Source of the DNA: a virus
Taxonomy: Duplodnaviria; Heunggongvirae; Uroviricota; Caudoviricetes
Length of the DNA stretch: 37,064 nucleotides
IMG/VR virus record: IMGVR_UViG_2778261631_000004
Reading direction: 5' to 3' (one strand)
A program made the position numbers and the translations under genes. The notes beneath the pieces were generated by a model. It saw only the letters and a program-made list of their open reading frames with translations, searched no databases and had not been told where the DNA came from. Below are positions 10,145 through 19,203 of the stretch, piece by piece; position 1 is the first letter of the stretch; each line of letters opens with the position of its first letter.

Positions 10145-10711
10145 TCAGGGAGATTTATTGTTCTTATTTGCCGGAAATTTTCGATAAATGGTAGAAACGC
10201 CTACATCAAAAATCAGTGCAATACGCTGTCTTGATTCTCCGGCCTCGAGTAAACGCCCAATCTGTGCCCACTGTTCGCTGGTCAACTTAGGACGGCGTCC
10301 ACCTACTCTGCCTTTAGCACGAGCTGCAGCCAGCCCCGCCCTAGTACGTTCAACTATCAGTTCGCGTTCCATTTCAGCCAGGGCACCCATGACATGAAAA
10401 AAGAAACGGCCCATTGGGGTGCTGGTATCAATACTGTCAGTCAGGCTTCGGAAATTCACGCCACGCTGGCGCAGCTCTTCTATCAGCGTAACAAGATGCC
10501 GCATACTGCGCCCCAGTCTGTCCAGCTTCCAGACAACCAGCGTGTCTCCTGCCGATAGTGTCCTGAGCAGCTTTTTCAGCCCCGGTCTGTCGGACTTGGT
10601 GCCACTGATTTTATCCTCAAAAATCCGCTCACATCCCGCACAGTTCAGTGCATTGCGTTGCAAATCGGTGTTCTGGTCATTTGTTGACACGCGTACATAG
10701 CCAATAAGCAT
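10145..10711 (-). CDS. Serine-recombinase DNA invertase (Gin/Hin/Pin/Cin family)
   Basis: N-terminus MLIGYVRVSTNDQ with catalytic Ser, resolvase core and C-terminal HTH; very close to Gin/Hin. ORF track start is 2 codons upstream. Confidence 0.9.
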   Translation of the reverse strand: MLIGYVRVSTNDQNTDLQRNALNCAGCERIFEDKISGTKSDRPGLKKLLRTLSAGDTLVVWKLDRLGRSMRHLVTLIEELRQRGVNFRSLTDSIDTSTPMGRFFFHVMGALAEMERELIVERTRAGLAAARAKGRVGGRRPKLTSEQWAQIGRLLEAGESRQRIALIFDVGVSTIYRKFPANKNNKSP

Positions 10712-10738
10712 GATCATCCCCCTGAATAAAAACCGGAG

Positions 10739-11317
10739 ATGATGCCAGTTAGCCGTTATCTCTGCATTTTCATAAACGTTGGTTTAGGAGAAGGCTCTGC
10801 ATTACCGGTTGGGGTGCCTGTTCCGTGGCCTTCAGCCACTCCGCCAACAGGCTGGCTGAAATGCAATGGTGCGGCTTTTTCTGCTGAAGAATACCCGGAA
10901 CTGGCAAAGGCTTACCCGACCAATAAATTGCCTGATTTACGCGGTGAATTTATTCGTGGCTGGGATGATGGACGTGGAGTGGATGCGGGGCGAGCCTTGC
11001 TAAGTCTTCAGGATGACTCTTTTGAAGCTCACAGACATGAGTCCTTTTTTTACGCGGGTATTTCACGCAATGAAACACCATTAAAAAATCTTCCAAGTTC
11101 AGACGAGATGCTGACTTTAAGTTCCACAACTAATGCCTTGTCCCCGGACGGTATTGATGCCACCGATTCGTTAATTGGTAATGATGATTACAACTGTCTG
11201 ATTGAAGGAAATAAAAATAACAAACGAACGGCAACGGGGTTGAGTACCAGTATTGTCGGTGCAGCAGAGACACGCCCACGTAATATTTCATTTAATTACA
11301 TTGTGAGGGCTGCATGA
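10739..11317 (+). CDS. Alternative tail-fibre C-terminal segment (silent orientation, no own promoter/start expected)
   Basis: Shares the GLGE junction motif with H at the crossover site; would be fused to H after inversion. The N-terminal residues in the ORF track are read-through of the crossover region. Confidence 0.55.
   Translation: MMPVSRYLCIFINVGLGEGSALPVGVPVPWPSATPPTGWLKCNGAAFSAEEYPELAKAYPTNKLPDLRGEFIRGWDDGRGVDAGRALLSLQDDSFEAHRHESFFYAGISRNETPLKNLPSSDEMLTLSSTTNALSPDGIDATDSLIGNDDYNCLIEGNKNNKRTATGLSTSIVGAAETRPRNISFNYIVRAA
10781..10797. repeat. Left inverted-repeat crossover site
   Basis: TTGGTTTAGGAGAAGGC, 15 of 17 identical to the reverse complement of the copy inside gene H. Confidence 0.5.
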
Positions 11318-11922
11318 TGTATAACGCTATCTTAAATAATAAATTTATTGCCACAAAGGCAGGAGAGGTTACCGTTTATAACTATGACAGTGAGACACGG
11401 GAGTATATTTCTGCATCAATTGAATATCTTGCTGTGGGTGTCGGTATCCCCGCATATTCCTGTTTAGATGCTCCTGGCACACATAAGGCTGGTTATGCAA
11501 TCTGCCGTTCTGCAGATTTTAACTCATGGGAATATGTGCCAGACCATCGCGGTGAAATCGTCTTTAGCACCGAAACAGGAGAATCAAAAGAAATCACAGC
11601 TCCGGGTGATTACCCTGATAATACAACCACTATCGCCCCGTTAACACCATACGATAAATGGGATGGTGAGAAATGGGTGACGGATACCGATGCACAGCAT
11701 AGCGCCGCAGTAGATGCAGCAGAAGCACAACGCCAGTCGCTGATTGATACTGCAATGGCTTCCATCAGTCTGATTCAACTGAAATTACAGGCCGGACGGA
11801 ATCTGACGCAGGCAGAAACCAGCCGACTTAACACGGTGCTGGATTACATTGACGCGGTGACGGCAACAGATACCAGCACCGCGCCTGATATTATTTGGCC
11901 TGTATTCCCTGAGACTGATTAA
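11314..11922 (+). CDS. Tail-fibre assembly chaperone (alternative orientation)
   Basis: 202-aa ORF with typical Tfa C-terminus (TSTAPDIIWPVFPETD), overlapping the stop of the upstream fibre segment. Confidence 0.75.
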   Translation: MMYNAILNNKFIATKAGEVTVYNYDSETREYISASIEYLAVGVGIPAYSCLDAPGTHKAGYAICRSADFNSWEYVPDHRGEIVFSTETGESKEITAPGDYPDNTTTIAPLTPYDKWDGEKWVTDTDAQHSAAVDAAEAQRQSLIDTAMASISLIQLKLQAGRNLTQAETSRLNTVLDYIDAVTATDTSTAPDIIWPVFPETD

Positions 11923-12112
11923 CCTCAATTAGTATTGGTTCGCCTTTCTCATTAATTGTTAGCTCCATGCCCTGAGGAATTTCTGTCATAGTAAAAAACC
12001 AGTTGTCCTCCGGTAATTCAATAGCCCCGGTCACGTCATGAAGACCGGGGATTACTTCAGTCAAAGTAACTGGATTAAACAGGCGCACAATAAACCCTCC
12101 AGGAAAAAGCAT
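11891..12112 (-). CDS. Short ORF downstream of H, possible truncated or atypical fibre-assembly gene for the current orientation
   Basis: Occupies the position of gene G but is far shorter than typical Tfa proteins and lacks the Tfa C-terminal motif; overlaps the end of H in another frame. Confidence 0.25.
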   Translation of the reverse strand: MLFPGGFIVRLFNPVTLTEVIPGLHDVTGAIELPEDNWFFTMTEIPQGMELTINEKGEPILIEVNQSQGIQAK

Positions 12113-13466
12113 TTGATGATGGTCTGCCGTCGTACATCTGGCAGCGGGCATAAAAGCCGGTATTTGTTACCTGATCATCCACGATCATTGAAACGTGAAC
12201 ATTATTAGGTGTGCTCTCGTAATCTGTTCTTATTCTTTCCGCGATACTGATAAAACGTGAAAGTTTAGGCAGTGCAATTGGGTAAACAACTTTAGCCAGT
12301 CCATTATCATTAGATCCACCGGTTCCAAATACTTCTATTGCACCATCTGACCAGCGTATCCATGCACCATTGGCATTAGCTCCTCGCTGAATGATATATC
12401 TGGCTTCTCCCAAACCAAGGTATGTGAGAAGACCAGCTACATCCTTTCCACTCAAATTAGTCAGCGTATTGTCCAGCGGTTGTTTACCTGCCAGTGCATT
12501 AAGCATTGTCGTGGCAAAGTTCGGGTCATTCCCCAGCGCCGCCGCCAGTTCGTTCAGTGTATCCAGTGCCGCAGGTGCAGAACCCACCATTGCTGCAATC
12601 GCTGATTTCACAAAAGCTGTAGTGGCAATCTGTGTATTGTTGACCGACTGTGCCGCAGTAGGTGCTGTTGGCGTTCCGGTGAGTGCCGGACTCGACAGCG
12701 GTGCTTTTAGTGCCAGCGCATTGTTAATGGTGGTACTGAATTTCGGGTCATTGTTAATGGCTGCGGCAATTTCTTTCAGTGTGTCCAGCGTGGCTGGCGC
12801 ACCGTTAATCAGAGCAGTAATAGCGGCCTGAACAAACGCGGTGGTCGCAATCTGCGTGGTGTTATTCCCCTCCGCTGGCGTTGGCGCTTTGGGTGTTCCG
12901 GTCAATGTCGGGCTTTCTTTGGGTGCATACTGTGAATGCGGGTCCGGTGCGGCAAGATGTTTTGCCATCTTATCATCCACGAACACCTTCAGCTCCAGTA
13001 CCTTGTCATCCACATACTTGCGGGTTGCCAGCACGACGGCAGGGTCGATTTTCAGGGTGATATTGTCCGTGCTGCTGGTAATCAGCACCATGCGCACGGT
13101 CTGGGTGCGCCCGCTGCCTTCAGCCAGTTGCGGCTTATAGCTTTCCGGGCAGTTGCCTACGGCAATCAATGCCCCGGACTCATCAAACAGACCCACTTCA
13201 CGTATCCACCAACCACCCTCATTTTCAGGGATCACCTGTTCAGCAATAATCTGGCTGCTGTTCTGCGGGTCGATATAGAGCATATTCAGCGCAGCCCGGC
13301 GTTTCTCATTTACCAGTGCCGTCTGCTTTGCGTCCGGCGTCGGCAATGCTCCGCCGCCATCGCCCACCGCCATATGGGTAATTTTTAGCGGCACACCGAG
13401 CGCGGCGGCGCTGGCAAGTTTCGCCGCGCCAATATCCGTCAGCAGGGTATAAAATTTTGTGCTCAT
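12075..13466 (-). CDS. H: Tail fibre protein H
   Basis: 463-aa ORF with conserved N-terminus (MAVGDGGG) and two tandem about 70-aa repeats (TGTP...TQIATTAFV...LDTL...AAA.GNDP.F); C-terminus lies inside the invertible segment. Confidence 0.85.
   Translation of the reverse strand: MSTKFYTLLTDIGAAKLASAAALGVPLKITHMAVGDGGGALPTPDAKQTALVNEKRRAALNMLYIDPQNSSQIIAEQVIPENEGGWWIREVGLFDESGALIAVGNCPESYKPQLAEGSGRTQTVRMVLITSSTDNITLKIDPAVVLATRKYVDDKVLELKVFVDDKMAKHLAAPDPHSQYAPKESPTLTGTPKAPTPAEGNNTTQIATTAFVQAAITALINGAPATLDTLKEIAAAINNDPKFSTTINNALALKAPLSSPALTGTPTAPTAAQSVNNTQIATTAFVKSAIAAMVGSAPAALDTLNELAAALGNDPNFATTMLNALAGKQPLDNTLTNLSGKDVAGLLTYLGLGEARYIIQRGANANGAWIRWSDGAIEVFGTGGSNDNGLAKVVYPIALPKLSRFISIAERIRTDYESTPNNVHVSMIVDDQVTNTGFYARCQMYDGRPSSNAFSWRVYCAPV
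12403..12419. repeat. Right inverted-repeat crossover site (inside H)
   Basis: Reverse complement reads TTGGTTTGGGAGAAGCC and encodes the LGLGE motif of H. Confidence 0.5.
12492..12914. repeat. Intragenic tandem repeat (two about 210-bp units) within H
   Basis: Two consecutive near-identical peptide units in H; coordinates derived from residue positions, approximate. Confidence 0.5.
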
Positions 13467-14068
13467 GGATTCACTCTCATTGTGTCAATAACATGGACCG
13501 CCCCGCCTTCATGCGCGGTGCCGCCGGAAATAATTGTTTCGTTGATATACGGATAGATCGTGATTTCTTCGCCAAGATAACTGGCGGCTCCCACCCAATG
13601 CGGACCGCTGGTCTGCAGATTGATGGACATGCCGATCATGTGACGGCTACATGGTTTGGCATCGCTTATCAGTCGCTCAAGTTCCAGATAGGTATCTTCA
13701 GTGATGCCCTGGTCCTGCACACCAATGTCCAGACGAAACGTGCCCGGTGTTTCTCCGGTCTGCCACCACTCAATAATGCGGATCAGGAAGCCGAACGGCT
13801 CCACCACCCGCCGTACGGCACTGGTGGTTCCTTTGTGCTGATGAATATAAAAAGCATCCTTCACTACCTGGCGTTTGACGCTTTCTGTCCAGCCCTCGTC
13901 CCAGCGATCCACAGAGAACGCCCAGGCGAGATAAGGCAGGAAACTGGCCGGACAGGTTGCCGGATTCCACAAGTCACGCAGTGACACCTGCAGATCAGAA
14001 ATCCCGCTACAGGTTTGCGCCAGTCGGCGCTCCAGTGGCGTTGAACCCGGTGGCAGCAGACTATTCAT
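13463..14068 (-). CDS. I: Baseplate protein I
   Basis: 201-aa ORF between J and H, overlapping start/stop; P2 gpI-like. Confidence 0.8.
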   Translation of the reverse strand: MNSLLPPGSTPLERRLAQTCSGISDLQVSLRDLWNPATCPASFLPYLAWAFSVDRWDEGWTESVKRQVVKDAFYIHQHKGTTSAVRRVVEPFGFLIRIIEWWQTGETPGTFRLDIGVQDQGITEDTYLELERLISDAKPCSRHMIGMSINLQTSGPHWVGAASYLGEEITIYPYINETIISGGTAHEGGAVHVIDTMRVNP

Positions 14069-14969
14069 CCGTTCCCCCGTTGGTCACGCTCCACTGAGTA
14101 CATGATGCCGCCTGCGTTTTGTTCAGGACCACATCAGCCAGCGGTGAAGCCAGCTCCACACGTTGAACACCCTCAACATGCAGCGCGGCAAAAATAGCAC
14201 TACGGCGAATATCCCGACCGAGCCGCGTCTGACTGGCGATGTACCTCTGCAGGCTGACTTTTGCCGCTGCCATTACCGGCTCTGCTTCCGGTCCCGGATA
14301 AAGAAAAATGGTAGCTTCCACACGGTACGGGATGATTTCTGCGCTGCGAACCGTCAGACGGTCAGCCACCGGGCGGACGTTCTCACTGTTCAGGGCTTTC
14401 TCCACCACATCCAGCAAGTCTTTTTCTGCTGTTCCGTCGCCTTCACGACTCAGGACAGTCAGTACCACCTCTGCAGGTGCCGGGCTGGTTGCACTGGCAT
14501 CCGCCACCCGACCGTCGGCGCTTCGGGCATGAAATTCATAAGCGGCAGTTGGCCCCGCAACAGAAAGCCCTTCAAAGGCTGCGGGCACACGTAGGCGTAA
14601 CGCTTCATCGCTTTCCATCACAGCCGCAACGGGTGGCACAGCGTCATTATCAGCAGGCGTCACCGTCAGGCGTTTCACGTTGTAGTTGGCAGCGAGCTGG
14701 TCAAGATCGCCGCCCATCGCGTAAGCCACCATCACAGCCTGCGCGGCTTCGTTAATGCGCTGGCGCAGAAGCAACTCACGGTAAGCGTTCTCCTGCAGCA
14801 ATTTGGTGACGGGTTCAGATTCCAGTTCCAGCGTGCGGATCACGGCTTCCTGCTCATCTTTCGGATGAAGCGCAACAAATTCGGCCTTGCGTTCGGCAAG
14901 CAGCGTCTCAAAGTCCGGCACATCGACAATCTGCGGCGCAGGCAACTGCGAAAGGTCAATCACTGCCAT
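14061..14969 (-). CDS. J: Baseplate assembly protein J
   Basis: About 302-aa ORF; start placed at internal Met (MAVIDLSQ) so that it overlaps W by a few nt; P2 gpJ-like. Confidence 0.8.
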   Translation of the reverse strand: MAVIDLSQLPAPQIVDVPDFETLLAERKAEFVALHPKDEQEAVIRTLELESEPVTKLLQENAYRELLLRQRINEAAQAVMVAYAMGGDLDQLAANYNVKRLTVTPADNDAVPPVAAVMESDEALRLRVPAAFEGLSVAGPTAAYEFHARSADGRVADASATSPAPAEVVLTVLSREGDGTAEKDLLDVVEKALNSENVRPVADRLTVRSAEIIPYRVEATIFLYPGPEAEPVMAAAKVSLQRYIASQTRLGRDIRRSAIFAALHVEGVQRVELASPLADVVLNKTQAASCTQWSVTNGGTDE

Positions 14970-15315
14970 TCTCTGCTCCTGTTGATACGGAAAGGGAAAC
15001 AGGCACACCGTTATTACGCCGCCCGGTCAGCCCCACCACCATTGAACCGTCAAAATTGCTTTTAATGGTGATGGAATCCAGCGTCAGCCGTGGCTCCCAG
15101 CGACTCAGCGCCACATACACTGCCGACATGACCTGCAGGCGTAATGCCGGATTTTGTGGCTGGTCTATCAGTGTCGACAGCAGGGAACCATATTCACGAC
15201 GGGCAATGCGGCTACCCTGCGGTGTCAGTAGAATGTCCCGCACCGACTGACGCAGATGGTCAATATCAGTAATGGCTTTACCGCTGGTATTGTTCATCCC
15301 GATATAAAGCGTCAT
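14956..15315 (-). CDS. W: Baseplate wedge protein W (gp25-like)
   Basis: 119-aa ORF between V and J. Confidence 0.8.
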   Translation of the reverse strand: MTLYIGMNNTSGKAITDIDHLRQSVRDILLTPQGSRIARREYGSLLSTLIDQPQNPALRLQVMSAVYVALSRWEPRLTLDSITIKSNFDGSMVVGLTGRRNNGVPVSLSVSTGAENGSD

Positions 15316-15890
15316 ACCGGGCCTCCGGTTGTATCGCCGCCTTTCAGGACGCCAGTATGCTGATGCGCATCAACCACGATCCCGTTAGAACTCATCGCTC
15401 CGCCGCCCTGGGTAACGCCACCATTGATCACCACTTCGCTGTTAATGCGCGTGCGGTCAGCCTCCAGTACAAACTCACTGGTTTTCATGGTGATGTTGTC
15501 AGCGGCTTCAATGACCATTGATTTGATGCCCCTGACATACCAGCGCCCGGTGGCGGGTTCGTATTCAAACCAGCCACCGTCAGGATGTTCTGTCACGCAG
15601 GCGTCCGCCGACGTCGACGGTGGTGCGAACTGATTCGAATAGACAGCGGGCAGCGCAAAGGCGGTTTCCAGATTGCCGCCCAGACTCAGCAGCACCACCT
15701 GCTCACCTTCCGATGGTCGCCACCATGTGCGGGCATTCCCGGCACGCAGCGTCAGCCAGCTAATCCAGTTGGTTTCAAGCTCGCCCGTTTTCACCCGGCA
15801 AAGCCAGTTTTCCCTGTCCACTTCGGTGACTACCCCTGTGCGAATCAGGTTGGTGATAAGGCGCATGATTTCGGTTAATTGTGCGTTCAT
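15312..15890 (-). CDS. V: Baseplate spike/assembly protein V
   Basis: 192-aa ORF at the head of the V-W-J-I-H operon. Confidence 0.8.
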   Translation of the reverse strand: MNAQLTEIMRLITNLIRTGVVTEVDRENWLCRVKTGELETNWISWLTLRAGNARTWWRPSEGEQVVLLSLGGNLETAFALPAVYSNQFAPPSTSADACVTEHPDGGWFEYEPATGRWYVRGIKSMVIEAADNITMKTSEFVLEADRTRINSEVVINGGVTQGGGAMSSNGIVVDAHQHTGVLKGGDTTGGPV

Positions 15891-15936
15891 AGGGAAAGGT
15901 TGCCATCAGGGGAAGAAAGGCGGCAGTGCTGCAACT

Positions 15937-15954
15937 TGTATCAGTGCTGATACA
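15937..15954 (-). promoter_or_regulatory. Late-promoter activator site (TGT-N12-ACA dyad) upstream of V
   Basis: Perfect palindrome TGTATCAGTGCTGATACA between S and V. Confidence 0.5.
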
Positions 15955-15958
15955 AAGA

Positions 15959-16405
15959 TCACCCCGCCAGCCATTGCAGAATCATGTCGCGGGTCATTGC
16001 CTCAACATCATCATTTACACCCAGCAGGCGGCGCTCTGCGTAACGGACCTCCGGTCCTTTGCGACTGACGCGATCACGCAGGCCGTAATGGTGAACACGG
16101 GCAATACGCTGCACCTTGCCTTCAAACTGTACGCTGGCAGAGTCGGCGCTGGCGGCAGTTTTCAGGTATTTTGTGGTGCGCAGCTTTGCAAACATCTGAC
16201 GTTTGATGCGCCCCTTCTTGCTGCGTGCTGTTACCCTGCGCGGTTCATAACTGCTGCCATCTGGATTGCGCTGCATCCTGATATTCTGCTGCTGTGTCCG
16301 GCGCAGTTCCTGCGCCAGCTGGCGCATCATGCGGCTTCTCGTGGCTGGTTCCAGATTCGCCAGCAAGGCACTCAGCCAGTCGTCCACCTTCTGCAGTTCA
16401 GCCAC
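15959..16405 (-). CDS. S: Tail completion protein S
   Basis: 148-aa ORF following R with overlapping stop/start. Confidence 0.8.
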   Translation of the reverse strand: MAELQKVDDWLSALLANLEPATRSRMMRQLAQELRRTQQQNIRMQRNPDGSSYEPRRVTARSKKGRIKRQMFAKLRTTKYLKTAASADSASVQFEGKVQRIARVHHYGLRDRVSRKGPEVRYAERRLLGVNDDVEAMTRDMILQWLAG

Positions 16406-16850
16406 GTTTCACCGTCCACATTTCTTCAGGTGCATCAGGTTCCGCTATAGCTTCAACGCTCGACACACTGCCGTCAGTGCTGACCAGCACACGCTCCGTC
16501 AGTTGCAGGTTCAGGCTGATATCACAGACATCGTTGCGCAGAATATCCACCTCAAAGGTGAATAGCTTTTCCCGTAACGCCGGGTTATTGATGGCATCGG
16601 GCTGGTTATCCCTCAGCCACAGCAAAACCGGGGCCATCAGCAGATTCTGGTCGCCGCTGAAATCCTCAATCACCGCGTTCAGGGTGTAACGGTACTCCCA
16701 CGACATGGAGCTGGCCCCCGTGGCAACCAGCGAACCGTTATCCACAAACAGATGCAGTTTGTCCGGGTTATCGCGGACATAAGGCACCGCTTTACTGAGG
16801 GCGTGGCGCAGGGATTGTGGTTTGTTCACTGTTTCGCTCCTGACACGCAA
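16398..16850 (-). CDS. R: Tail completion protein R
   Basis: 150-aa ORF after the lysis genes. Confidence 0.8.
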   Translation of the reverse strand: MRVRSETVNKPQSLRHALSKAVPYVRDNPDKLHLFVDNGSLVATGASSMSWEYRYTLNAVIEDFSGDQNLLMAPVLLWLRDNQPDAINNPALREKLFTFEVDILRNDVCDISLNLQLTERVLVSTDGSVSSVEAIAEPDAPEEMWTVKRG

Positions 16851-17082
16851 TAATCATGTCCACTTTGTCTGCACAGACCGCCCAGGCGGCCTCCGTTTCA
16901 TCCAGCAACGCGTTCAGATCACCGTTAGTGCGCGGCGTTGCCTGATCCAGCCGACACGGCGTCACTCGCGGACAACCACTGACGGTAAGCCGTACCTCCG
17001 GTGAGTGCCGGACGTTCCCGCAGCCGGATAAGGTCAGCAGGCAAAGGAGTATCAGCCCAGCGGCGTAAATCCTCGTTCTCAC
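16792..17082 (-). CDS. lysC: LysC-type o-spanin (Rz1-like outer-membrane lipoprotein), embedded in another frame of lysB
   Basis: Signal peptide ending in lipobox LTLSGC, Pro-rich mature part, ORF nested inside and extending past lysB. Confidence 0.6.
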   Translation of the reverse strand: MRTRIYAAGLILLCLLTLSGCGNVRHSPEVRLTVSGCPRVTPCRLDQATPRTNGDLNALLDETEAAWAVCADKVDMIIACQERNSEQTTIPAPRPQ

Positions 17083-17353
17083 GTTTCAGTTCCTCGATTC
17101 GGTGTTGTCGTTGTCTCAGCAGCGCGCTGGTCTGTTCTGCTTCGGCATAGAGCCGCGCCTGCTCCCGGTTATTGGTTTCAGTCAGAATGGACAGGCTGAT
17201 AAGCTGGCTGTTGCTCTTTGCCAGTGCCTGGCTTTTGCTATGCAGCTTGTCTGCCTGCGTGCTGATGGTCTGGCTGGCATCAGCCAGCCGCCACGTCTGC
17301 CAGCCCAGCGCCGCCAGTAATAACGCCAGCACAACCAGCAGCAACCGGTTCAT
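16925..17353 (-). CDS. lysB: LysB-type i-spanin (Rz-like)
   Basis: N-terminal TM helix followed by coiled-coil charged region; follows lysA. Confidence 0.7.
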   Translation of the reverse strand: MNRLLLVVLALLLAALGWQTWRLADASQTISTQADKLHSKSQALAKSNSQLISLSILTETNNREQARLYAEAEQTSALLRQRQHRIEELKRENEDLRRWADTPLPADLIRLRERPALTGGTAYRQWLSASDAVSAGSGNAAH

Positions 17354-17727
17354 GCTGATACCTGTTGCGCAATCTGATTACGGGTCATCCAGAAGGCAAT
17401 AACGGTCAGCAGATAAAAGACCAGGGTAATAGCCCACCCCGTCCAGGCGAGACTGACGACAATCAGCAATCGCATCACCCAGCTGATAAATACGTTTTCT
17501 TTTCGGGTAATTGTCTTCAGCAAAGATGCCCTCAACTCCTGCCAGAGCGGGCCATTCTTAATTAACGCAGCCAGTGCTACCGGAATTACCGCCCATGTCA
17601 GCAAACAGGCTATCCAAACGCCGGACGCTGCCAGTACCGGAAAAATCCCCTGCGGATACACCATTGCTTCGATTAACAGCGTCATCCATAACATCAGAAA
17701 CAGCCCGCTGATTAATTTCTTTTTCAT
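17350..17727 (-). CDS. lysA: LysA-like membrane protein (lysis timing)
   Basis: Multi-TM hydrophobic ORF after the endolysin; start placed at internal MKKK. Confidence 0.55.
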   Translation of the reverse strand: MKKKLISGLFLMLWMTLLIEAMVYPQGIFPVLAASGVWIACLLTWAVIPVALAALIKNGPLWQELRASLLKTITRKENVFISWVMRLLIVVSLAWTGWAITLVFYLLTVIAFWMTRNQIAQQVSA

Positions 17728-17728
17728 T

Positions 17729-18241
17729 TCAGTTTGCTCCCTGTAAGCACCAGGCCATCTCCCGCGCACGGCGGTTATCCAGCCCCTGATTAAACACACC
17801 TTTCACATAAACCCAGCGCGGCAACTGTCGGCACGCATCCGCCCAGCGCCGCTGATTGAGTAATTTCACCAGCGTGGAGCTGCAGGCATTACCTGTCCCC
17901 ACGTTGAAGGCAAATGACACCACCGCGTCATACACTTTCTGCGGTGGCTGTTGCTTCACACACCTTTCCAGTGACCGCTCCACACGCAGCACGTTGGAGA
18001 TAAGCCCTTCTGCTGCCTGTCGTTCCGTAATGGTTTTGCCGGGAATGACGCCCGACGTATTACCAATGCCGTCAGTCCATACACCCGCGCTGCACTGATA
18101 CGGCTGCAGACGACAGCCTTCGTAATCGGCAATCAGTTTCAGTCCCTCCACGGAGGTGTGAAGCTGCTGAAAACCCGGCAGCGTGGCAGCAATAGCCAGC
18201 ACGGCCCCGACAAGACAGCGTTTAACGATTGATGGATTCAT
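17729..18241 (-). CDS. SAR-type endolysin (lysozyme, GH24-like)
   Basis: Gly/Ala-rich N-terminal signal-anchor-release segment followed by E-x8-D/C-x5-T catalytic pattern; P2 K position. Confidence 0.8.
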   Translation of the reverse strand: MNPSIVKRCLVGAVLAIAATLPGFQQLHTSVEGLKLIADYEGCRLQPYQCSAGVWTDGIGNTSGVIPGKTITERQAAEGLISNVLRVERSLERCVKQQPPQKVYDAVVSFAFNVGTGNACSSTLVKLLNQRRWADACRQLPRWVYVKGVFNQGLDNRRAREMAWCLQGAN

Positions 18242-18437
18242 AGTCCTCCCGCGAGATCTGCCCGTCGCGCAGAAGCTGGTAGGCTTTGTGTTTGTAGTAC
18301 CAGTTGATAGCCAGCATCAGCACACCAATCATCAGGCCGCCCAGCGTTGAGGCATCCTTGATGGACAAATCGCCCAGCCAGGCCAGCACAACGGCGATGC
18401 AGTACGTGATAAAGGCGCTGATTCGCTCAAGCGTCAT
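18222..18437 (-). CDS. Putative holin
   Basis: 71-aa ORF with two hydrophobic helices and charged C-terminus, immediately upstream of the endolysin. Confidence 0.65.
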   Translation of the reverse strand: MTLERISAFITYCIAVVLAWLGDLSIKDASTLGGLMIGVLMLAINWYYKHKAYQLLRDGQISREDYESINR

Positions 18438-18440
18438 AAT

Positions 18441-18644
18441 TCAGTCCCATAGCTGGACGGTCTGCACGGTGGTGGTTGTCGGAATGTCCGGCAGCTCCAC
18501 CTGCAGTCCGTGAGGTAAAAAGGGGCCGTATTCGACAAGCCCCGGATTTGCCTTCAGTACCTGCTCCGTGACACCCTGCGTGCGCCCGTAATGACGCCAG
18601 CAAAGTGCATCCACCGTGTCATACTGATGCGCTCGCACTTTCAT
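18441..18644 (-). CDS. X: Tail protein X
   Basis: 67-aa ORF between L and the lysis genes, same size and position as P2 gpX. Confidence 0.8.
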   Translation of the reverse strand: MKVRAHQYDTVDALCWRHYGRTQGVTEQVLKANPGLVEYGPFLPHGLQVELPDIPTTTTVQTVQLWD

Positions 18645-19171
18645 CAGATAAGCTCCACTGTGCAGTGCGGCGCGTCCTGCACCCGGCTGATGGCCCAGCG
18701 GGCGTCACGCCACAAATCACCGCTGGCTTCCGCCAGTTCCTCGCCTCGCTTCACACCGGATGCCGTGGCGTCATAGTCCTGGTAACGTTCGTTGAGCATG
18801 GCGCGTGCCCAGCAGTAAACCGCGTTGAAATAGTGCTGAACGCGCTCACTTTTGCCGTCCAGCTGTTCCGCCGGAACCTCTGCCAGCGAGGCATACCCCA
18901 GCATCTGCTGGCATCTGCGAAACTCATACAGCTCTGCGTTGACCTCCGAAATTGCCGACAGCGCAACCTGCTTTAAACGCGGCTGCGTCACCGTACCGTC
19001 AGTGCGCATCACACTGCGGAACTCCGACAGGTCCACATCAGGCCAGAACGGCGTATTCCTGATGATTTCCGCCTGTTCCGGTGCCTGTTCTGGCGCAACA
19101 AACTTCATGCTGCTTTCTCCTGAAATAGAGGGCGGTGGACGGGGTTTTGATGTGGCAGTGCCTTTCGCCAC
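18644..19171 (-). CDS. L: Head completion/stabilisation protein L
   Basis: 175-aa ORF after M. Confidence 0.85.
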   Translation of the reverse strand: MAKGTATSKPRPPPSISGESSMKFVAPEQAPEQAEIIRNTPFWPDVDLSEFRSVMRTDGTVTQPRLKQVALSAISEVNAELYEFRRCQQMLGYASLAEVPAEQLDGKSERVQHYFNAVYCWARAMLNERYQDYDATASGVKRGEELAEASGDLWRDARWAISRVQDAPHCTVELI

Positions 19172-19203
19172 CCCGTGCCGCCCGTGCGCGGGGGCACGTT
19201 CTG

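Larger units (their letters stand above)
10780..12420. mobile_element. Invertible tail-fibre host-range segment (G-segment-like)
   Basis: Bounded by inverted copies of TTGGTTT(A/G)GGAGAAG(G/C)C at about 10781..10797 and 12403..12419, next to the invertase gene; contains two opposed sets of fibre C-terminus plus assembly gene. Confidence 0.6.

Noticed and set aside
10739-10789. Apparent start codons (MMPVSRY...) of the plus-strand fibre segment
   Set aside because: They lie across the invertase upstream region and crossover site; this arm is expressed only as a fusion to H after inversion.
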